Origin: Stegostoma tigrinum
Taxonomy: Eukaryota
Length of the DNA: 64,000 bases
Assembly (NCBI RefSeq): GCF_030684315.1
Contig: NC_081378.1
Span: 49,810,851-49,874,850 of the forward strand
Direction: 5' to 3'
The notes beneath the pieces are model-generated. The model was not told the origin of the DNA, ran no database searches, and worked only from the letters and a program-made list of their open reading frames with translations. Every line of letters begins with the position of its first letter. The stretch's first letter is position 1. Positions 62,001 to 64,000 of the stretch are shown here, piece after piece. Position numbers and translations under genes: made by a program.

Positions 62001-63758
62001 CTCTGCTCCTGATTTATATTGGGCAGGGGAAGGTAGAGGCAGGCAGTAATGGGGTATTGCCTCCTTTAGAGGCTCATTGAACCCATCCTCCCAAGTTTAA
62101 CACTTACCCCCCCCACCTCCAATTTAGAAATCGTCATGCCCCTGTGCTCTCAGATCCGTCCGTACACCAGCCTTCCCTCTCACTGGGTTGCACCATGAGA
62201 CCCGTCCAAAGTCCCAGACATACCCAAGTCCAGGCGTCATGGTGTTTCTCCACTTGGTCAGGTGCTGCTGATATTTCAGAGGAGCCGGGTAATTTACTAG
62301 CACTCCTGGGGCCTGGTTCTCCCACATCTGACGGGGCCAGAGGTCTCACTCTGAATCCATGAAGACTGTGCTCAGCATGTTATTGCTGCTGAGTACCTGG
62401 CCTTTGGGTCAGTGGGCTCAACAGCACCATTTCCTTCGAGCATAGGAACTGGGAATGTGTCTTTCTGTAAAACGCCAACCCCTGATCTTAAAGATCAGTT
62501 GATTCTTGATTACAATGGGCATTTTAAGCACACAATTAGTACTGGCATTGTAGATTAAAAATCTGCTCTGTTACTTTCTGTTTTTCCACATTCTATATTG
62601 TCTGCAAATTTTTTTTGCCCACTCACTGCACCTATTGACATCTCTTTTGCTGATTCCTCCTCACATCTTGCTTTCCTGGAAATTTCCATACCACCAGTAA
62701 ACATTGTTATCATGCACTCGTCTTCTTCACTTAAGTCATTCATATAGAACAATACAGATGGACACCGCAGCATTGATTCATCCTCATCCCTGTGGCAATC
62801 CACTGGTTAAAACTTGTCTATGTGGAAGTGAGACATCCATCCTGACACCAGGGTTCTTGTGGGCTGGCTAGAGAACTGGCGTGTGCCCTGTGTCACCTCA
62901 GCCTCCATTGGTGCTAGAAGTTGCCAGCAGTGGACTGATCACAGCTTAATGATCCAGACCTTGGGTGATTGAGAAGGGCTGGGATCTCTGGCTAGGAGTG
63001 GAGAGTCAGGTCATCTGGGAGAAAGGGCAGGTTCTAAGCAAACCCAACTTTTTTCCCAATGTGTAGACCCTTGGTAAATGATCTTTGACCGAGGGACTCC
63101 TGAGAGTCCGTAAGCCAACCTCACAGGGTTTTCCCTTTAGGGCTTCCTGTCTTCTGTCTACTGCTCGCTGAGTTTCATCAATAGTGAGGTGACAGTATTC
63201 GACTAGTGTCCAGGCAGGAAGGCTGTCCATGTACCTTCCTGGCTCAAACCTAATTGAAGCAGGATTAGATAGGTGATAAGTTTCGCACCCTGCACCTGAT
63301 TAACTGCTGCCCACTTCCAATTCCATTAAATTCCACCCTCTGTTTCCTATCGGTTAGGTATCAATGCTAATGTGTGACCTTAACACGGTGAGCATTTGAC
63401 AAGTAGCCTGTTATGTGGCAAGTTGTCAAATGCCTTTCAGAAATCCAAACATGCTGCATCCCTTTCCCAACTCCAGTCATTACATCCTCGAAGAACTCGA
63501 AAACATTTGTCAAACAGGATTTCCCGTGGACAAAATAGTGTTGCGTCTGCCCAGTTGGATTATGATTTTCTAAATTTTCTGCTGCATCTTTGTTCATAAT
63601 GGAATGGAAAGTTGTGTCCTAAATTATAAATCTTCGAGGAAGCTTCACAATACAATGTTTTGCAGAATTCTAATGTTGACCTGAATTGTACGTTCGATGG
63701 GAAGCTACAAGCGGCCAAGTGGATCGGGGAATCGGTCATCCAGTGTGTCAGACCTCAG
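10012..63758 (+). CDS. PLXNC1: Plexin-C1-like receptor gene, 5' part (10 coding exons, 686 codons, continues beyond window)
   Basis: Exons join in phase (0,0,0,2,0,1,2,0,0,0) with no stop. Sema motifs (NVNKILVVD, CGTLRLGACEVR, VLFLGTDDGQLIK), PSI motifs, and the exon series '..LFLGT.DGQL.K | ..YLYL...E | VRRI.VANC..' resemble plexin-C1 as I recall it. Orthologue versus paralogue cannot be decided here. Confidence 0.85.
11098..11398 (+). mobile_element. HE1-like SINE just inside intron 1
   Basis: tggctcagtgattagc A box, gttcgattcc B box, tctccccgtgtctg.gtgggtttcctc core. Confidence 0.85.
11616..11806. mobile_element. Palindromic PLE-terminus cassette (family A)
   Basis: Inverted arms; 17-bp TSD tgaggtggaattg(t/c)atc (11599-11615, 11807-11823). 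Confidence 0.9.
12760..14645 (-). mobile_element. CR1 LINE fragments (endonuclease, RT, 3' end), decayed
   Basis: EHLSNSDHN, INNLD.GIES.V.KF.DDTKL motifs. Confidence 0.8.
14656..14829. repeat. 35-bp minisatellite, 5 copies
   Basis: Unit gccatacactg(c/t)aa..tgtccctcagcact.gtgg repeated head to tail. Confidence 0.95.
15205..15418. mobile_element. Palindromic PLE-terminus cassette (older family A variant)
   Basis: Inverted arms around ctgaagaagggtcccaatccgaaacgtc; no clear TSD. Confidence 0.8.
17550..17835 (-). mobile_element. HE1-like SINE
   Basis: Same core and tail motifs. Confidence 0.8.
18200..18550 (+). mobile_element. Deu-domain-like SINE (SacSINE1-type), diverged
   Basis: actgaaggagtgctg..gaagagcaggg..gattatctggtcat..gctgccg..tcctacattac pattern. 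Related pieces at about 36270-36600, 55385-55500, 57870-58060. Family name from memory. Confidence 0.6.
18880..19025 (+). mobile_element. PLE family B terminal fragment
   Basis: ctgatgaagggccactggacacaaaacattaac...gatgctgccaga...cagcatctgc. Similar remnants at about 720-950, 5225-5300, 31676-31780, 42665-42750, 55270-55385. Confidence 0.7.
19710..19895 (+). mobile_element. PLE 3' terminal fragment
   Basis: Matches about 34430-34610, with mutated GAAA box. Confidence 0.85.
22405..22760 (+). mobile_element. tRNA-derived SINE sharing its 3' tail with the second CR1-like LINE family
   Basis: gcctagtggta / ggtttgaatcc boxes; tail ggcaattag..aataaatgctggcccagccagtga matches 6529-6570. Minus-strand copies at about 4215-4500, 20375-20735, 27850-28094, 37750-37970, 58805-59140. 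Confidence 0.8.
22912..23128. mobile_element. Palindromic PLE-terminus cassette (family B-like, diverged)
   Basis: Inverted arms around ctgaagaagggccactggaccc; degenerate TSD gcattctacagac / gcgttctatggac. Confidence 0.75.
23715..24308 (-). mobile_element. Same LINE family 3' end, nested in a CR1
   Basis: Reverse complement of about 6020-6590. Confidence 0.85.
24635..25117 (-). mobile_element. CR1 3' end nested in CR1
   Basis: Reverse CR1 tail and LGLFS.EQRRLRGD motif. Confidence 0.75.
25547..26140 (+). mobile_element. Rex1/Babar-type LINE 3' end nested in CR1
   Basis: RL.FLRRLRKFGMS.K.LTNF.RC.IE..L.GCI...YGN motif; host CR1 resumes after it. Confidence 0.75.
28095..28660 (+). mobile_element. 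Solo LTR (566 bp) inserted in a SINE
   Basis: TG...CA termini, flanks ccaga/ctaga, TATAAAA near 28473, AATAAA near 28576, internal enhancer-like duplication tagcctgggaact. Confidence 0.65.
29227..29405. mobile_element. Palindromic PLE-terminus cassette (family C)
   Basis: tttgaaatcacaagcttt..agcact / agtgct..aaagcttgcgatttcaaa arms around ctgatgaaggagc at 29301; single arm of same family at about 11400-11480. Confidence 0.75.
29564..29860 (-). mobile_element. CR1 RT fragment
   Basis: ccagaattgcacacagtattcca..tggcctaaccaatgtcctgtaca = LYRTLVRPLLEYCVQFW on minus strand. Confidence 0.8.
30630..31545 (+). mobile_element. CR1 LINE 3' portion
   Basis: ADDTKIG, EYCAQFWAPYL.KD..ALERVQRRF, LGLYS.E.RR.RGDLIE.Y. 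Confidence 0.9.
31973..34641 (+). mobile_element. Penelope-like retroelement, 5'-truncated, RT + GIY-YIG endonuclease, one frameshift
   Basis: IKPADKGG, LPKIHK..GRPIVS, DVQSLYT, GVAMGTRMGPSYA, RYIDD, FLDL, VVYCIHC..C..YIGETKRRL..RFAEH motifs; hammerhead-bearing 3' end; candidate TSD tctgcttct at 31964-31972 and 34642-34650. Confidence 0.95.
34513..34547 (+). ncRNA. Minimal hammerhead-ribozyme motif in PLE 3' repeat
   Basis: CTGATGA-A-GGGT(CTAG)GCCC-GAAA-CGTC: core boxes, stem II, vestigial stem III with palindromic ACGT. Minimal hammerheads are an established PLE feature; activity not shown. Confidence 0.75.
35380..35605. repeat. Purine-rich low-complexity tract upstream of exon 2
   Basis: GA-rich degenerate repeats. 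Confidence 0.7.
35704..35838 (+). CDS. PLXNC1: Coding exon 2 (QLKQNLSSINKEAVFKYPGLLSVSARVVKDWIVLFLGTDDGQLIK)
   Basis: tttttttag acceptor, AAG|GTCAGA donor, 135 nt, plexin VLFLGTxDGQLxK motif. Confidence 0.93.
37030..37217. mobile_element. Palindromic PLE-terminus cassette (family B)
   Basis: caaaaacagaagttgctggaa / ttccagcaacttctgtttttg arms; 14-bp TSD atctcct(t/c)ctggga (37016-37029, 37218-37231). Confidence 0.85.
37561..37695 (+). CDS. PLXNC1: Coding exon 3 (LILDKSLKVIRPIVLADLESESPIHHNVIFDPLDQNYLYLASENE)
   Basis: ttctttgcag acceptor, GAG|GTAAGC donor, 135 nt, end-of-Sema YLYL motif. Confidence 0.93.
38151..39063 (+). mobile_element. PLE 3' fragment (GIY-YIG + hammerhead tail) inserted in a CR1 LINE
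   Basis: Homologous to about 33700-34641; ETKWRLGDRFAQH; ttgataa.gg duplicated at both ends. Confidence 0.9.
39760..40650 (-). mobile_element. Older PLE 3' fragment inside CR1
   Basis: FPCNRRKCYTCPY, FTCTSSNLIYCICC, LEEQHLIF on minus strand. Confidence 0.85.
40930..41415 (-). mobile_element. Same LINE family, diverged RT fragment
   Basis: gatacttcagtatctgaggagctgcaaatggtgctgaacat, tgtggccttgatgtta are reverse complements of motifs at 5440-5760. Confidence 0.7.
43296..43756 (-). mobile_element. PLE 3' fragment (family A)
   Basis: Reverse complement of about 34128-34645, with partial extra terminal repeat gagataacaaagtgtgg. Confidence 0.9.
44680..45497 (+). mobile_element. CR1 LINE 3' portion
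   Basis: WQM.FN..KC, QRRFT.MLPG, TRGHS, CR1 tail. Confidence 0.85.
45844..45944 (+). CDS. PLXNC1: Coding exon 4, PSI1 N-half (VRRIKVANCTQYRSCTDCLSAQDPFCDWHVVEK)
   Basis: ccccatag acceptor, AAG|GTCTGT donor, 101 nt (phase 2), PSI cysteine pattern. Confidence 0.93.
46518..46700. mobile_element. Palindromic PLE-terminus cassette (family A)
   Basis: Inverted arms; 12-bp TSD ctggttaaagat (46506-46517, 46701-46712). Confidence 0.9.
47265..48400 (-). mobile_element. Solo LTR (1136 bp)
   Basis: TGTA...TACA, imperfect 10-bp inverted termini (tgtagggttc / gaatcttaca), exact 4-bp TSD GTAC, TTTATT near 47413 (minus-strand polyA signal). Confidence 0.75.
48405..48990 (+). mobile_element. Old CR1 3' portion
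   Basis: Degenerate LA.I.R..EYK, LE.VQRR motifs and tail. Confidence 0.6.
49272..49401 (+). CDS. PLXNC1: Coding exon 5, PSI1 C-half (CFFTSECESMNPNDFITMKDGINSCLRVTLSPLVIDQSFERTK)
   Basis: ttttcaag acceptor, AAG|GTAATG donor, 130 nt, completes phase-2 Arg codon and PSI cysteines. Confidence 0.88.
49600..50345 (-). mobile_element. CR1 3' portion, minus strand
   Basis: Reverse tail (gaggccattcgg) and LY...VR..LEYCVQF segment. Confidence 0.65.
50346..51060 (+). mobile_element. CR1 3' portion
   Basis: MLELYKTLVRPQLQYCAQF..LEGAQR.FTRMLPG..LGLFSLEQRRL. Confidence 0.88.
51692..51915. mobile_element. Palindromic PLE-terminus cassette (family A)
   Basis: About 90-bp inverted arms; 11-bp TSD aaaataacaca (51681-51691, 51916-51926). 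Confidence 0.9.
52174..52339 (+). CDS. PLXNC1: Coding exon 6, IPT1-like (LFTVEVTSKFNNVIQQNATCTLTNVGNKKVICTGNFTTECPCNVSENHAQIKEQP)
   Basis: tttttttcactag acceptor, CAG|GTACTC donor, 166 nt open, C..C..CxC pattern, N-glycosylation sequons. Confidence 0.85.
53288..53396 (+). CDS. PLXNC1: Coding exon 7 (DPMIIEVSIKSGSLNFDSQSTVHNCYKIATSQQTNTP)
   Basis: ttccttgtag acceptor, CC|GTAAGT donor, 109 nt, phases 1 to 2 fit neighbours, 'NC' start of PSI2. Confidence 0.87.
53896..55223 (-). mobile_element. Probable solo LTR interrupting a SINE head
   Basis: Starts TGTTA; host SINE head gctcagtagtagcactttcaca resumes as cacatctgagtcag at 55224 (caca duplicated); TTTATT near 54046. Confidence 0.55.
54257..54382. 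mobile_element. Inverted PLE-terminus cassette inside an LTR-like element
   Basis: Minus arm to the hammerhead core then plus-strand tail; 15-bp TSD cccatttaaacccaa (54242-54256, 54383-54397). Confidence 0.88.
56221..57239 (+). mobile_element. Solo LTR (1019 bp)
   Basis: TGTTA...TAACA, exact TSD GTAT (56217-56220, 57240-57243), TATATAA near 56553, AATAAA near 57029. Confidence 0.72.
57548..57638 (+). CDS. PLXNC1: Coding exon 8, PSI2 (CTDCIKSGCHWCAVEHRCTYTSSCSRHTQK)
   Basis: Polypyrimidine+cag acceptor, AAG|GTAACC donor, CxxC..CxWC..C PSI motif. Confidence 0.92.
57726..57809 (+). CDS. PLXNC1: Coding exon 9 (LCPQIYEVKLNQTSENLDIVLTHAEVLK)
   Basis: tttcag acceptor, AAA|GTAAGT donor, 84 nt, CPQI end-of-PSI motif. 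Confidence 0.87.
58140..59865 (+). mobile_element. CR1 LINE RT region with nested SINE (58805-59140)
   Basis: NYRPV, LLEFFE, ISKFADDT.VG, NVEKCE.IHFG, CR1 tail. Confidence 0.85.
61445..61812 (-). mobile_element. CR1 3' end
   Basis: RTKGH.LRI..PFKTE.R..S.RVVNLWNS.P. Confidence 0.85.
63666..63758 (+). CDS. PLXNC1: Coding exon 10, IPT-like (NSNVDLNCTFDGKLQAAKWIGESVIQCVRPQ)
   Basis: ttttgcag acceptor, CAG|GTTCGT donor, 93 nt, CxF..A.W...VIQC pattern typical of plexin IPT domains. Confidence 0.8.
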
Positions 63759-64000
63759 GTTCGTGTAATGGGTTACATTGTTTGAAAAGTACACTGTGTC
63801 TTCTCAGCCTGCACTCCCTTGACCTTTCACTGTTTGACTGTGTTCAAGGAAATATCAACCCGATTCATGATTTAACTTTTAACTTTCATCAATTAGTTTT
63901 GCAATTTGAAGAATGAGAGGTGTCAATGCCAATGTTGGTGTTAGTGTGGGTAATCATTTGGAATTTTTTTGGGCCTGTACTGTTGTCTCCATCAGGACTG

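Overview
Eukaryotic, repeat-rich vertebrate DNA. The SINE/LINE/Penelope families point to an elasmobranch (shark); this is inference. One protein-coding gene crosses the window on the + strand: a plexin, most like plexin-C1. I reconstruct 10 coding exons (10012-63758) with canonical AG/GT sites and matching phases, 2058 nt = 686 codons, covering signal peptide-Sema-PSI1-IPT1-PSI2 and the start of a further IPT-like domain; the gene continues past the window. The rest is nested retroelements: CR1-type LINEs, Rex1/Babar fragments, three SINE types, several TSD-flanked solo LTRs, and a young, nearly intact Penelope-like element (PLE; RT + GIY-YIG) broken by one 25-nt duplication. The most striking signal is about nine short (125-225 bp) palindromic cassettes from three PLE families. 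Most have 11-17 bp target-site duplications, all carry a minimal hammerhead-ribozyme motif, and the inversion junction lies at or a few nt from the CUGAnGA core. Exon and TSD coordinates were read base by base; boundaries of old repeats are approximate. No database searches were run.
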